Positions 27,517-37,355 of a DNA stretch of 64,000 nt are shown here, piece after piece (within the stretch, counting starts at the first letter, position 1; each line of letters begins with the position of its first letter). Under the pieces are notes generated by a model that was given only the letters and a program-made list of their open reading frames with translations, was not told the DNA's origin and did not search any database. The position numbers were made by a program, and so were the translations under genes. Source of the stretch: Bacteroidota bacterium (GTDB taxonomy: Bacteria > Bacteroidota > Bacteroidia > NS11-12g > UBA9320); the NCBI GenBank assembly GCA_018700895.1, contig JABIUV010000025.1, positions 56,075 through 120,074 of the forward strand, in the 5' to 3' direction.

Positions 27517-28215
27517 ATGGAAAATCAAACAGACTCTTATGAATTGTCTTATGCAGACAACCTAGAAAAAGCAACATTTTACAAGAAAACCTACCTCCAC
27601 GTAGCTTTAGCATTTTTAGTATTTGTACTAGTAGAAGCACTCTTTCTCAACACGCCAGCCATTGTTAGTATCGGTTTGGCTATGACCCAAGGGTGGACTT
27701 GGCTGGTAGTACTCGGAGTATTTATGTTTATCACTAACTATGCCGAAAACCTCGCCGCAAAATCTACTGACAAAAAAATGCAATACGCCGGATTTGGTTT
27801 ATATATCATCGCAGAGGCCTTCATTTTTGTTCCATTGATGTATATCGCCATTCAGATGACGGGTGGTTATGACGTATTACAACAAGCTTTTTTAGTTACA
27901 CTCTTCTTGTTCGTAGCTTTAACGGCCGTTGTCTTCGTTACGGGCAAAGATTTTTCATTCCTCAAAACAGCCATCACCGTAGGGAGTATTGTAGCTATCG
28001 GAATTATCATAGCAGGAATGATATTTGGTTTTAATCTGGGCTTAGTGTTTTCAGGATTTATGGTTCTCTTAGCGGCTGGTTCTATCTTGTACCAAACATC
28101 TAACATGATACACCGCTATAGTGCCGATCAGTATGTGGTGGCGTCTATTGGGTTATTTGCATCCTTTATGCTTATGCTCTGGTATATTATCCAGTTTTTT
28201 ATGAGTAGGGATTAA
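27517..28215 (+). CDS. Bax inhibitor-1/YccA-family membrane protein
   Basis: Seven TM helices, 232 aa, characteristic charged C-terminus (FFMSRD). Confidence 0.75.
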   Translation: MENQTDSYELSYADNLEKATFYKKTYLHVALAFLVFVLVEALFLNTPAIVSIGLAMTQGWTWLVVLGVFMFITNYAENLAAKSTDKKMQYAGFGLYIIAEAFIFVPLMYIAIQMTGGYDVLQQAFLVTLFLFVALTAVVFVTGKDFSFLKTAITVGSIVAIGIIIAGMIFGFNLGLVFSGFMVLLAAGSILYQTSNMIHRYSADQYVVASIGLFASFMLMLWYIIQFFMSRD

Positions 28216-28233
28216 AGATTACTAAATATTTTT

Positions 28234-28263
28234 GGGGGCGGATAATTTCCTCCCCTTTTTTTT
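28234..28263 (+). terminator. possible intrinsic terminator (GC hairpin plus T8)
   Basis: gggggcggataatttcctcccc followed by tttttttt. Confidence 0.35.
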
Positions 28264-28487
28264 GCTAAATCTATTTCATACTGAAGTTGTGTCAACTTTT
28301 TAGTTTGAAGTCGAAACGAAGCATTTTTTGCTCAATTGAACCTAATTTTCTCAGCATAGCCATAGTTACGGCGATAAAAATTGGTGAAAAGTGAACGAAA
28401 AAGGCAAATTTGTAGATCGAAGTAGAAAGTTAAAACAACTTCGCTACAAATGTGCGTCACACCTACCTTTGAACAGATAATAACGAA

Positions 28488-29245
28488 ATGAATTCTGGCA
28501 TAATCACTAAGCTTATTAAAGCTATAAACACCCTGTTTAATATTAGGATAGAACTCATAACCTATGGAAGATTGGTATTGTCTGTTCCGCTACAGCCAGA
28601 ACACGAACACACACAGCAAACCCTTACCAAACTCATAGAATCTAATCTACACACTAATTTTTCTTTATCCAAGTAGGTGCTAATGAAGGGAAGTCATTTG
28701 ATCCGATACACGATATGGTAACCAAGCATAAGCTTAAAGGTATATGTGTGGAGCCCATCAAAGAATATTTTGCTAAACTATCACACACCTATCAAAACTA
28801 CCAACACGTAAAACCAATAAATAAAGCTATTGCCGAAAAAAGTGGGCCAATTAGCATGTATCGAGTAAATACGGAACACCAAGATTCCCTTCCCGATTGG
28901 TCTGTAGGGATAGCCTCGCTAGATAGCAAACATCATCAGAAGAGCAACATTGATAAGCACTATATGGTAGAAGAAACCGTGGAGGCTATCACCTTCTCTA
29001 CTTTGCTCCAAGAAGAAGAAATCACCGACGTAGATTTAGTTGTGATAGACACAGAAGGCTACGACCTTAAAATAATAGAAATGATACGATCATCTCATAT
29101 CAAACCCAAGATCGTATTCTTTGAGCATCAGCATTTTATTGGGAGCGAGAATAAAGATCAACTGACTGCGAGCCTTGCTGAATTTCAGAAAAATGGATAT
29201 CTCATTTACCTAGGCTCTTGTAATACAATAGCGTACCTTCCCTAA
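28488..29245 (+). pseudogene. FkbM-family methyltransferase split by a -1 frameshift in a T5 run
   Basis: Frame 0 ORF (28488-28676) ends ...HTNFSLSK*. Frame 2 carries FFFIQVGANEGKSFDPIHDMVTKHKLKGICVEP...DLVVIDTEGYDLKIIE (FkbM core). One extra T at 28658-28662 (T5 to T6) yields the continuous HTNFFFIQVGANEG. Confidence 0.45.
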
Positions 29246-29350
29246 CGGCTATGAGCTGAAAATACGCTCTCCAATACTAGAAAGAGTTTATTATGATTCT
29301 TTGCATTATCCTCTTCTCTTCCTTTTTTCTACTACATTTGACATTGAATC

Positions 29351-32146
29351 ATGTCATCCGAAAAAAAACTATTTCTGCTTGATGCTTATGCACTCATATT
29401 TCGTTCGTATTATGCTTTTATAAAAAACCCAAGAATAACCTCTTACGGTCTGAATACCAACGCCATATTTGGTTTTACTACTACTTTGCTTGAAGTGCTA
29501 GAAAAGTACGAACCTACGCACATAGCCGTATGTTTTGACCATAAGTCCGAGAATGTACGAAAGCAAGAGTATCCGCTCTATAAAGCTAATAGAGACGAAA
29601 CACCCGAAGACATCAAACGCTCTGAGCCGTTTATCCGTCAAATAATAGATGCCTTTAATATTCCACTCATAGAAAAGGAAGGGTATGAGGCCGATGATGT
29701 AATCGTGACCTTAGCCACAAGAGCAGAAAAAGAAGGGTACACCACCTATATGATGACACCAGACAAGGATTTTGGTCAGGCGGTGACAGAAAAAACACTT
29801 ATGTTTAAACCCGCACGCGGTGGAAACCCTCCTGAAGTAATGGGTCCTGCTGAAGTATGCGAAAAATTTGGTCTAGATCGTACAGAACAAATCATCGACT
29901 ACCTTGGGCTAATGGGTGATGCCGTAGACAACATTCCCGGCGTACCCGGTGTGGGTGCCAAAACTGCATCCAAGCTACTCAAAGAGTTTGGTAGTATGGA
30001 TGGCATTTATGAAAATATAGATAAACTGAAAGGTAAGCTTCGCGAAAAAATAGAAGATAACAAGGAGCAAGCCTATTTATCTAAACACCTTGCAACAATT
30101 ATTACAGATGTTCCTGTTGAGTTTGATGAGGAGTCACTCCTTAAAGCTGAACCCAATAAAGAGAAAATAAACCAACTCTTCACGGAGCTAGAATTTAGAA
30201 CGCTAAGCAAGCGGGTTTTTAAGGAAACAATGAGTGCTCCCGTGTCAGTACAAGGTGATTTATTTGCGAGCAGTAGCACTGCCGGTACAGTATCTCCCGT
30301 AGTTGCTCCAAAGGAAGAAACTTTAGTGGAACTCAAAACCATATCTACTACTAATCACGATTATCAACTAATTGATAGTCAAGTAAAAAGACAAAAATTA
30401 ATAGCCGAATTAGAAAAACAAAAGGTATTTTGTTTTGACACCGAAACTACATCACTAGAGGAGCTGGACGCAGAGGTACTTGGTCTAGCTATAGCCTATG
30501 AAGAGGGCAAGGCTTACTATGTAAATATGCCTGCCGATTTTGAAGAAACGAAAGCCATACTAGCCGAGTTCAAGCATCTGTTTGCCTCTCCTACCATCGA
30601 AAAAATAGCACAGAACCTTAAATATGACCTTAAAGTACTGATAAAGTACGACATACAAATTGCAGGGCCTCAATTTGATACGATGCTCGCACACTACTTG
30701 GTGAATCCTGATGGTCGCCACGGAATGGACATTCTATCGGAAAAATACCTCAATTACAAACCGGTGTCTATCTCAGAGCTCATTGGTAAGAAAGGAAAGA
30801 ACCAGCTCAACTTCAGAGATGTTCCCCTCGACAAAGCCACCGAGTACGCAGCCGAGGATGCAGATATTACGCTACAACTGAAAGCTAAACTGCACCAAGA
30901 ACTGATGGATAAGCAAGTAGCACATCTTATGCAACGACTCGAAATGCCTTTGGTACCCGTTCTATCTGCCATGGAAATGGAAGGCATTCGCGTAGATGAC
31001 AAATTTCTTGGTGATTACTCAAGTGAGTTGGAGGGAATGTCTAAAGACTTGGAAAAAAGTATTTATGAAATGTCAGGTGCCAATTTCAATATTGCCAGTC
31101 CCAAGCAGATGGGTGAAGTACTTTTTGACCATATGAAACTGGATGCCAAAGCCAAAAAGACAAAAACAGGTCAGTACAAAACGGATGAAGCTACGCTCAC
31201 AAAACTCGCTGCTGAACACGAAATAGTAAGCAAAATATTGGATTACAGAAAGGTGAACAAACTACGCTCTACCTATGTAGACGCTTTACCTAAACTGATA
31301 CACCCAAGCACAGGACGAGTGCATACGAGCTATGCACAAGCAGTAGCCGCTACGGGCAGATTGAGCAGCACCAATCCTAATTTACAAAACATCCCTATAC
31401 GAACTGACTTGGGCAAAGAGATACGAAAGGCGTTTGTGCCACGCGATGATAATCATACACTTCTAGCCGTGGATTATTCTCAAATAGAGCTACGCATCGT
31501 CGCTTCGGTGGCTGAAGACCCTGGAATGATGGAAGCGTTTCATGCGGGTATAGATATACACACCGCTACGGCGTCCAAAGTTTTTGGCGTAGAAGTAGCA
31601 GATGTCACTAAGGATCAACGATATAAAGCTAAGAGTGTCAACTTTGGATTGATATACGGACAAGGAGCATTTGGCCTTGCTCAAAACCTCGGAATAAAAC
31701 GTGGTGAAGCCAAGGATTTGATAGATGCCTATTTTGAACAGTTTGGTGGGGTGAAGACCTATATGGATGATTCGATAAAATTCTGTAGAGAACATGGTTT
31801 TGTAAAGACTATTATGGGTCGTAAGCGATTTATCCCAGACATTAATTCGAGTAACCAGACAGTAGTTGGTTTTGCGGAGCGAAATGCTATCAATGCTCCC
31901 ATACAAGGTAGTGCAGCAGATATGATAAAACTCGCAATGATTAACATTCATAATCGATTTAGTAAGATGGATATCGGCACGCGTATGCTACTTCAGGTAC
32001 ATGATGAATTGTTATTTGACGTGCCAAAAACTGAGCTAGAAGAAATCACTGCCGTGATAAAAGAAGAAATGGAACGAGCAATGCCGCTTAAAGTTCCAGT
32101 AATCGCAGAAGCTGGTCACGGAGCTAATTGGCTGGAGGCACATTAA
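29351..32146 (+). CDS. polA: DNA polymerase I
   Basis: N-terminal 5'-3' exonuclease (LLDAYALIFRSYYAF), 3'-5' exonuclease domain (CFDTETTSL) and polymerase motifs (RRxAKxxNFGxxYG-like KAKSVNFGLIYG, VHDELLF). 931 aa. Confidence 0.9.
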   Translation: MSSEKKLFLLDAYALIFRSYYAFIKNPRITSYGLNTNAIFGFTTTLLEVLEKYEPTHIAVCFDHKSENVRKQEYPLYKANRDETPEDIKRSEPFIRQIIDAFNIPLIEKEGYEADDVIVTLATRAEKEGYTTYMMTPDKDFGQAVTEKTLMFKPARGGNPPEVMGPAEVCEKFGLDRTEQIIDYLGLMGDAVDNIPGVPGVGAKTASKLLKEFGSMDGIYENIDKLKGKLREKIEDNKEQAYLSKHLATIITDVPVEFDEESLLKAEPNKEKINQLFTELEFRTLSKRVFKETMSAPVSVQGDLFASSSTAGTVSPVVAPKEETLVELKTISTTNHDYQLIDSQVKRQKLIAELEKQKVFCFDTETTSLEELDAEVLGLAIAYEEGKAYYVNMPADFEETKAILAEFKHLFASPTIEKIAQNLKYDLKVLIKYDIQIAGPQFDTMLAHYLVNPDGRHGMDILSEKYLNYKPVSISELIGKKGKNQLNFRDVPLDKATEYAAEDADITLQLKAKLHQELMDKQVAHLMQRLEMPLVPVLSAMEMEGIRVDDKFLGDYSSELEGMSKDLEKSIYEMSGANFNIASPKQMGEVLFDHMKLDAKAKKTKTGQYKTDEATLTKLAAEHEIVSKILDYRKVNKLRSTYVDALPKLIHPSTGRVHTSYAQAVAATGRLSSTNPNLQNIPIRTDLGKEIRKAFVPRDDNHTLLAVDYSQIELRIVASVAEDPGMMEAFHAGIDIHTATASKVFGVEVADVTKDQRYKAKSVNFGLIYGQGAFGLAQNLGIKRGEAKDLIDAYFEQFGGVKTYMDDSIKFCREHGFVKTIMGRKRFIPDINSSNQTVVGFAERNAINAPIQGSAADMIKLAMINIHNRFSKMDIGTRMLLQVHDELLFDVPKTELEEITAVIKEEMERAMPLKVPVIAEAGHGANWLEAH

Positions 32147-32195
32147 ACCGAAGTATGTTCCTGCAATTTTTTACAATTAACTTCGCATCTCAAAA

Positions 32196-32939
32196 ATGAG
32201 CAAAATCTACTTCGCATCTGATTTTCACTTGGGCACTCCTAGTTATGAGGCGTCACTAGTACGTGAGAAGAAAGTAGTGCGTTGGCTCAACGAAATAGAA
32301 TCGGATTGCGAAACGCTATTCTTGCTCGGTGATGTGTTCGATTTTTGGTATGAATATAAGACCGCTGTTCCGAAATACTATACACGCTTACTTGGCAAAC
32401 TCGCCCAAATGTGCGATAGCGGAATTAAAATTTACTTTTTTAAAGGCAACCACGATATGTGGACTTTTGACTACCTCACCAAAGAAATAGGCCTAGAAAT
32501 CATAGATGAAGAATGGCAAGGAACGTTGCAGGACAAGCAGTTCTACCTCCATCACGGTGATGCTTTATGGAAAGGTGAAGCCGGTTATAAGTTTATTCGC
32601 AAGGTATTCCGAAGCAGATGGGCTATTTGGCTCTTTCATAGGCTGCACCCCAACTTTGGTATTGGTCTTGCAAACTACCTGAGCAGAAGCAGCCGAAAAA
32701 AGAATAGTGTAAAGGATGAACTTGATATTCAACTTGAAAAAGAATATCAATATCAATTTGCATTGGACCACAATGTCCAAAACAACATCGATTTTTACAT
32801 TTTTGGTCATCGGCACAAGCCAATGGATGTACCAATAGGCGAAAATGCTCGTTTAATAAACCTAGGCGATTGGGTAAGTAAATATACCTACGCCACGTTA
32901 GAACAAGGAAATGTCACGTTACATACTTACGACACTTAG
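32196..32939 (+). CDS. UDP-2,3-diacylglucosamine diphosphatase-like calcineurin-family metallophosphoesterase (LpxH family)
   Basis: SDFHLG ... GDVFDFW ... KGNHDMW metallophosphatase motifs in LpxH order. Confidence 0.65.
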   Translation: MSKIYFASDFHLGTPSYEASLVREKKVVRWLNEIESDCETLFLLGDVFDFWYEYKTAVPKYYTRLLGKLAQMCDSGIKIYFFKGNHDMWTFDYLTKEIGLEIIDEEWQGTLQDKQFYLHHGDALWKGEAGYKFIRKVFRSRWAIWLFHRLHPNFGIGLANYLSRSSRKKNSVKDELDIQLEKEYQYQFALDHNVQNNIDFYIFGHRHKPMDVPIGENARLINLGDWVSKYTYATLEQGNVTLHTYDT

Positions 32940-33699
32940 TAGCTTACTGCTTCTTTGGGCTTATGCTCAGGATACCACCGTGCTTGCTAAGGTGAGTAAT
33001 ATAACGTCTTTTAGTATAGATTCTAAGGGCAACACCTTCGCGGCTGACGATAATCTATCACTATATAAATTTGATGCTAAAGGGTCACTCGTCACCAATG
33101 TAAATATTAAATCCTACGGAGAGATTACGAGTATAGATTGCTCTAATCCTTTTGAGATCTATGTGTATCACCAAGATCAAAATATCGTGGTTTTTTATGA
33201 TAATATGCTCAATCAACGCGGTGAGATACGCTTGAATGATTACTACTACTATAATGTAGCCTGCGTTGCACGATCGTTTGACAATCACCTTTGGGTAATG
33301 GACTTGTCACAGTACCAATTAATAAAAATCAACAAACAAGGAAAACGCCTAGCCGAGTCACCGTACCTTAATAATATCACAGGCAAAAAACTGAGTCCTT
33401 TTAAAATGTGGGAACAGAATAATGATGTATATCTAGCAGACTCTACTAATGGAGTTCACAAGTTTGATATGTACGCTACGTATGCTACCACCTATTTTCA
33501 TCCTAAATTAACCAATGCTCTAAGTATTAAAACCAATTTGATACTGGTTCAAGATACGAGCTTGTTCTTTTATAATACCTTATTACGCAATCCGCTTCCT
33601 TTAGATATACATTTACCTGCTAATGTCACCTTGCAGTATTATGATAGGCATTTGGTGTATGCTATTAAAAACAGGCTAATTCGCCTAAAGATGCCTTAG
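32911..33699 (+). CDS. secreted beta-propeller-like (NHL/YWTD-type blade repeats) hypothetical protein
   Basis: Signal peptide MSRYILTTLSSLLLLWAYAQ. At least three blade-like repeats (FAADDNLSLYKFDAKGSLV, LWVMDLSQYQLIKINKQGKRL, VYLADSTNGVHKFDMYA). Overlaps the lpxH-like gene by 29 nt. Confidence 0.4.
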   Translation: MSRYILTTLSSLLLLWAYAQDTTVLAKVSNITSFSIDSKGNTFAADDNLSLYKFDAKGSLVTNVNIKSYGEITSIDCSNPFEIYVYHQDQNIVVFYDNMLNQRGEIRLNDYYYYNVACVARSFDNHLWVMDLSQYQLIKINKQGKRLAESPYLNNITGKKLSPFKMWEQNNDVYLADSTNGVHKFDMYATYATTYFHPKLTNALSIKTNLILVQDTSLFFYNTLLRNPLPLDIHLPANVTLQYYDRHLVYAIKNRLIRLKMP

Positions 33700-33915
33700 T
33701 CTCACCTTAGCTTTTGAAAAACAAGAAGGTAAGACACCAATATAGCCATTGAATGTCACCCATAAATCGATTCTATTCAGTACTAATCTTGTTGAAAATA
33801 ATAGTCATAGCCCGGCTATGCCGATAATTTCCCCTAATTGTAATTGAACATAGTTCAATTTATTTATACGGCATTTTATAACTAAATTGGTATTGGATAC
33901 CTTTGCCCCTCAATT

Positions 33916-34983
33916 ATGCTCGAAACATTAGAGGGAATATACGCACGATTTAAGCAAGTAGAACTACTACTCAGTAGTCCAGAGGTGGCTTCGGATATGA
34001 AGCAATTTACCAAGCTAAACAAAGAATATAGCGACCTCAAGCAGATAGTAGAACGCTATTTTGAGTACAAAAACTTGGTAAGCAACTTGGCCGAGGCCAG
34101 AGAAATGCTAGAAAGTGATGATCCTGAAATGAAGGAGATGGCCAAAGAAGAGTTTGAAACGCTCAACGCTCTTCAAGGTCCGCTAGAAGAAGAGATCAAA
34201 ATGCTCCTCATCCCTAAAGACCCAGAGGATGATAAAAATGCCATGGTAGAGATACGTGCCGGAGCAGGTGGAGACGAGGCTAGTATTTTTGCAGGTGATC
34301 TTTTCCGTATGTACACCAAGTTTTTTGATAGTCAAGGATGGAAACATGAGATAATGGATATCACAGAAGGTACAGCAGGTGGGTACAAGGAGATTGTAGT
34401 AAAGGTAGAGGGTTCTGAGATTTTTGGCACATTGAAATTTGAGGCGGGAGTACACCGCGTGCAGCGTGTGCCGGAGACGGAGACTCAAGGAAGAGTACAT
34501 ACTTCTGCAGCTACAGTAGCTGTGCTGCCAGAAGTAGAAGAAATAGACCTCGTTATAAACCCTGCAGATATCGATATGCAAACATCAAGAAGTGGTGGAG
34601 CCGGTGGTCAGAATGTAAATAAGGTAGAGACCAAGGTACAGCTTACGCACAAACCGAGTGGCATAGTAGTAGTATGTTCACAAGCACGCTCGCAGCTAGC
34701 CAATAGAGAAATTGCTATGGACATGATACGTGCTAAGCTATATGATATTGAGCTACTCAAACGTAATGGAGACATTGCAGCCAAACGTAAAACAATGGTA
34801 AGCACGGGTGATCGTTCGGCTAAGATAAGAACGTATAACTACCCACAAGGAAGAGTAACCGACCATCGTATCAACTTGACGTTATATAATCTGAATGGTG
34901 TGATGAATGGCGATATACAAGAAATCATAGACGCACTCAAGATGGCAGAAAATGCCGAAAAGCTAAAAGAGGGTGGATTGTAG
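33916..34983 (+). CDS. prfA: peptide chain release factor 1
   Basis: GGQ motif ([15 protein letters not shown]) and RF1-type tripeptide region [26 protein letters not shown]. Uninterrupted ORF. Confidence 0.9.
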   Translation: MLETLEGIYARFKQVELLLSSPEVASDMKQFTKLNKEYSDLKQIVERYFEYKNLVSNLAEAREMLESDDPEMKEMAKEEFETLNALQGPLEEEIKMLLIPKDPEDDKNAMVEIRAGAGGDEASIFAGDLFRMYTKFFDSQGWKHEIMDITEGTAGGYKEIVVKVEGSEIFGTLKFEAGVHRVQRVPETETQGRVHTSAATVAVLPEVEEIDLVINPADIDMQTSRSGGAGGQNVNKVETKVQLTHKPSGIVVVCSQARSQLANREIAMDMIRAKLYDIELLKRNGDIAAKRKTMVSTGDRSAKIRTYNYPQGRVTDHRINLTLYNLNGVMNGDIQEIIDALKMAENAEKLKEGGL

Positions 34984-35024
34984 TATTATGTCATTTTTGT
35001 AAAATTATTCACAAAAAGGCCTCA

Positions 35025-35058
35025 TTGGGCGTCAAATCGCAGCAAAAAAATATTTTTG
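35025..35058 (+). promoter_or_regulatory. putative Bacteroidota sigma-A promoter (TTG-N23-TATTTTTG) for glnN
   Basis: TAnnTTTG -7 box TATTTTTG at 35051-35058, 21 nt before the ATG. TTG at 35025-35027. Confidence 0.3.
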
Positions 35059-35078
35059 CACCATAAATAGTATATAAA

Positions 35079-37241
35079 ATGCGATTTGATTCAATAAAAA
35101 CAGCGACAAACAGAAAAAACAAGTTTTCTGCTAAGCACAAAGTTTCTTTCACCGAGTTATACAAATCAAATGTTTTTGATGACTCAGCTATGCGAGATTT
35201 CTTAAGCAAAGAGGCTTACGAATCTGTAAGTGCAGCTATTAGCAATGGCAAAACCATTAATCGAAAAATGGCAGAGCACGTAGCGGCAGGAATGAAAAGA
35301 TGGGCTCTAAGTAAGGGTGCATCTCATTACACTCACTGGTTTCAACCACTTACCGGAGCTACTGCCGAAAAGCACGACTCTTTTTATGAGCCAGACAATG
35401 GCAAAGCAGTTGAGAAATTCTCGGCTAATGCATTAGTTCAGCAAGAGCCAGATGCATCTAGTTTGCCAAATGGTGGACTAAGAAACACCTTTGAAGCAAG
35501 AGGTTACACAGCGTGGGACCCTTCTTCACCAGCATTTATTCACGAAAACACCACGGGCAAAACGCTTTGTATTCCTACCGTATTTGTATCATATAACGGT
35601 GAGGCCCTTGATTATAAAGCACCATTGCTTAAGTCTGTAAATTTAGTAGACAAAGCAGCTACCGATATCTGTAAATATTTCTTGAAAAAAGTCACTTCTT
35701 GTACTGCCTCATTGGGTATAGAGCAAGAATACTTTTTGGTAGATGAGGCTATGTTCAATGCACGACCAGACTTGGTAATGTGTGGAAGAACCCTAGTAGG
35801 TCACGCCCCTGCTAAAGGTCAGCAAATGGACGACCACTACTTCGGTTCTATTCCAGATCGTGTATTTAACTACATGTATGAGGTAGAAATAGAAGCAGCC
35901 AAGTTGGGTATACCTCTGAAAACAAGACACAACGAAGTTGCTCCAGGGCAATATGAGTGTGCACCTATGTTCGAAGATGTGAATCTTGCAGTTGATCACA
36001 ATCAGTTGCTTATGGACCTTATGGACCAAATAGCACACAAGCATCACTTTAGAGTATTATTCCACGAGAAGCCCTTTGCTCAAATAAATGGTAGCGGTAA
36101 GCACAATAACTGGTCACTAATTACCAATACGGGAGTTAACTTATTATCTCCAGGTACAGACCCTAATTCTAATATGTTGTTCTTAACGATTTTCATCAAT
36201 ACGATAAAAGCCTTACAAGACAATGCAGACATCATCAGAGCAAGTATCGCTTCTGCATCTAACGATCATAGACTTGGTGCCAATGAGGCTCCTCCAGCAA
36301 TCATATCTGCTTTCATCGGTTCTAAACTTACCGAAGTATTAGAAGCATTTATGAATGACGGTACCGCAGATAATACGGGTGACAAAAAATCAATCAACAT
36401 TGATAAAATACCTGAGATACTAAGAGACAACACTGACCGTAACAGAACAAGTCCGTTTGCCTTTACCGGCAATAAATTTGAGTTGAGAGCGGTAGGTTCT
36501 AGCACAAACTCTGCACAACCTATGACGGCACTTAATGCTGCGGTTGCAAATCAGTTGATTGCATTTAAGAAAAATGTAGACGCTGCAATAGCATCAGGAA
36601 TAGATCAAAAATCGGCTATCATAGCTGAATTGAAAAGTGCCTTGAAATCTTCACAAAACATTCTTTTTGAGGGAAATAATTATAGTGATGAGTGGGCTGC
36701 AGAGGCTGAAAAACGAGGACTAAGCAATATCAAGAACACACCAGAGGCTCTGAAAGCGTACATCAGCAAGCAAGCCGAAGAAACGTTCGTAAACAACGGC
36801 ATATTTACTAACGAGGAGCTACACGCTCGCTATGAAGTAATGCTAGAGGATTATGCTAAGAAAATACAAATAGAAGGACGCGTACTTGGCGAGCTGGTTT
36901 ACTCTCACATTTTGCCTCCTGCTATCGATTATCTTACTTCGTTAGCCAATAATGTTAAGTCACTCAAAGATGCAGGATTAAAAGCAGGTGCTGCTCAGTC
37001 AGAATTGATAGAGGCGGTTTCTAAGCATATAGATGCCGCTAAGCAAAAAACAGATCAAATGATAGAAGCTCGTAAAAAAGCGAATGCTATGGATAGCACC
37101 GAGGAAATGGCGGTTTCTTACCACTATGATATTAAAGAATCATTTGAAGATATACGATACCATACAGACAAATTAGAACAATTGGTAGATGACAAAAACT
37201 GGCAATTACCGAAGTACCGAGAATTACTTTTTATTAGGTAA
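35079..37241 (+). CDS. glnN: glutamine synthetase type III
   Basis: 720-aa GS with the long type III N-terminal extension and the GS catalytic core (NEVAPGQYECAPMFE, HEKPFAQINGSGKHNNWSL). Confidence 0.85.
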   Translation: MRFDSIKTATNRKNKFSAKHKVSFTELYKSNVFDDSAMRDFLSKEAYESVSAAISNGKTINRKMAEHVAAGMKRWALSKGASHYTHWFQPLTGATAEKHDSFYEPDNGKAVEKFSANALVQQEPDASSLPNGGLRNTFEARGYTAWDPSSPAFIHENTTGKTLCIPTVFVSYNGEALDYKAPLLKSVNLVDKAATDICKYFLKKVTSCTASLGIEQEYFLVDEAMFNARPDLVMCGRTLVGHAPAKGQQMDDHYFGSIPDRVFNYMYEVEIEAAKLGIPLKTRHNEVAPGQYECAPMFEDVNLAVDHNQLLMDLMDQIAHKHHFRVLFHEKPFAQINGSGKHNNWSLITNTGVNLLSPGTDPNSNMLFLTIFINTIKALQDNADIIRASIASASNDHRLGANEAPPAIISAFIGSKLTEVLEAFMNDGTADNTGDKKSINIDKIPEILRDNTDRNRTSPFAFTGNKFELRAVGSSTNSAQPMTALNAAVANQLIAFKKNVDAAIASGIDQKSAIIAELKSALKSSQNILFEGNNYSDEWAAEAEKRGLSNIKNTPEALKAYISKQAEETFVNNGIFTNEELHARYEVMLEDYAKKIQIEGRVLGELVYSHILPPAIDYLTSLANNVKSLKDAGLKAGAAQSELIEAVSKHIDAAKQKTDQMIEARKKANAMDSTEEMAVSYHYDIKESFEDIRYHTDKLEQLVDDKNWQLPKYRELLFIR

Positions 37242-37265
37242 TTACCATCTTCATAACACTAAAAA

Positions 37266-37292
37266 CCGAGCCCAATAGCTCGGTTTTTTTTT
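37266..37292 (+). terminator. intrinsic terminator after glnN
   Basis: ccgagc-ccaata-gctcgg followed by T9. Confidence 0.6.
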
Positions 37293-37355
37293 ATATCTCA
37301 TTATAAATTTGTTTTTGGGTACGGAATTTTGGATTTTTGACGTTCTATTTACGCA

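Noticed and set aside
33916-34983. Possible programmed +1 frameshift in a release-factor gene
   Set aside because: Programmed frameshifting is a property of prfB (RF2). This gene has the RF1 signature and an uninterrupted ORF.
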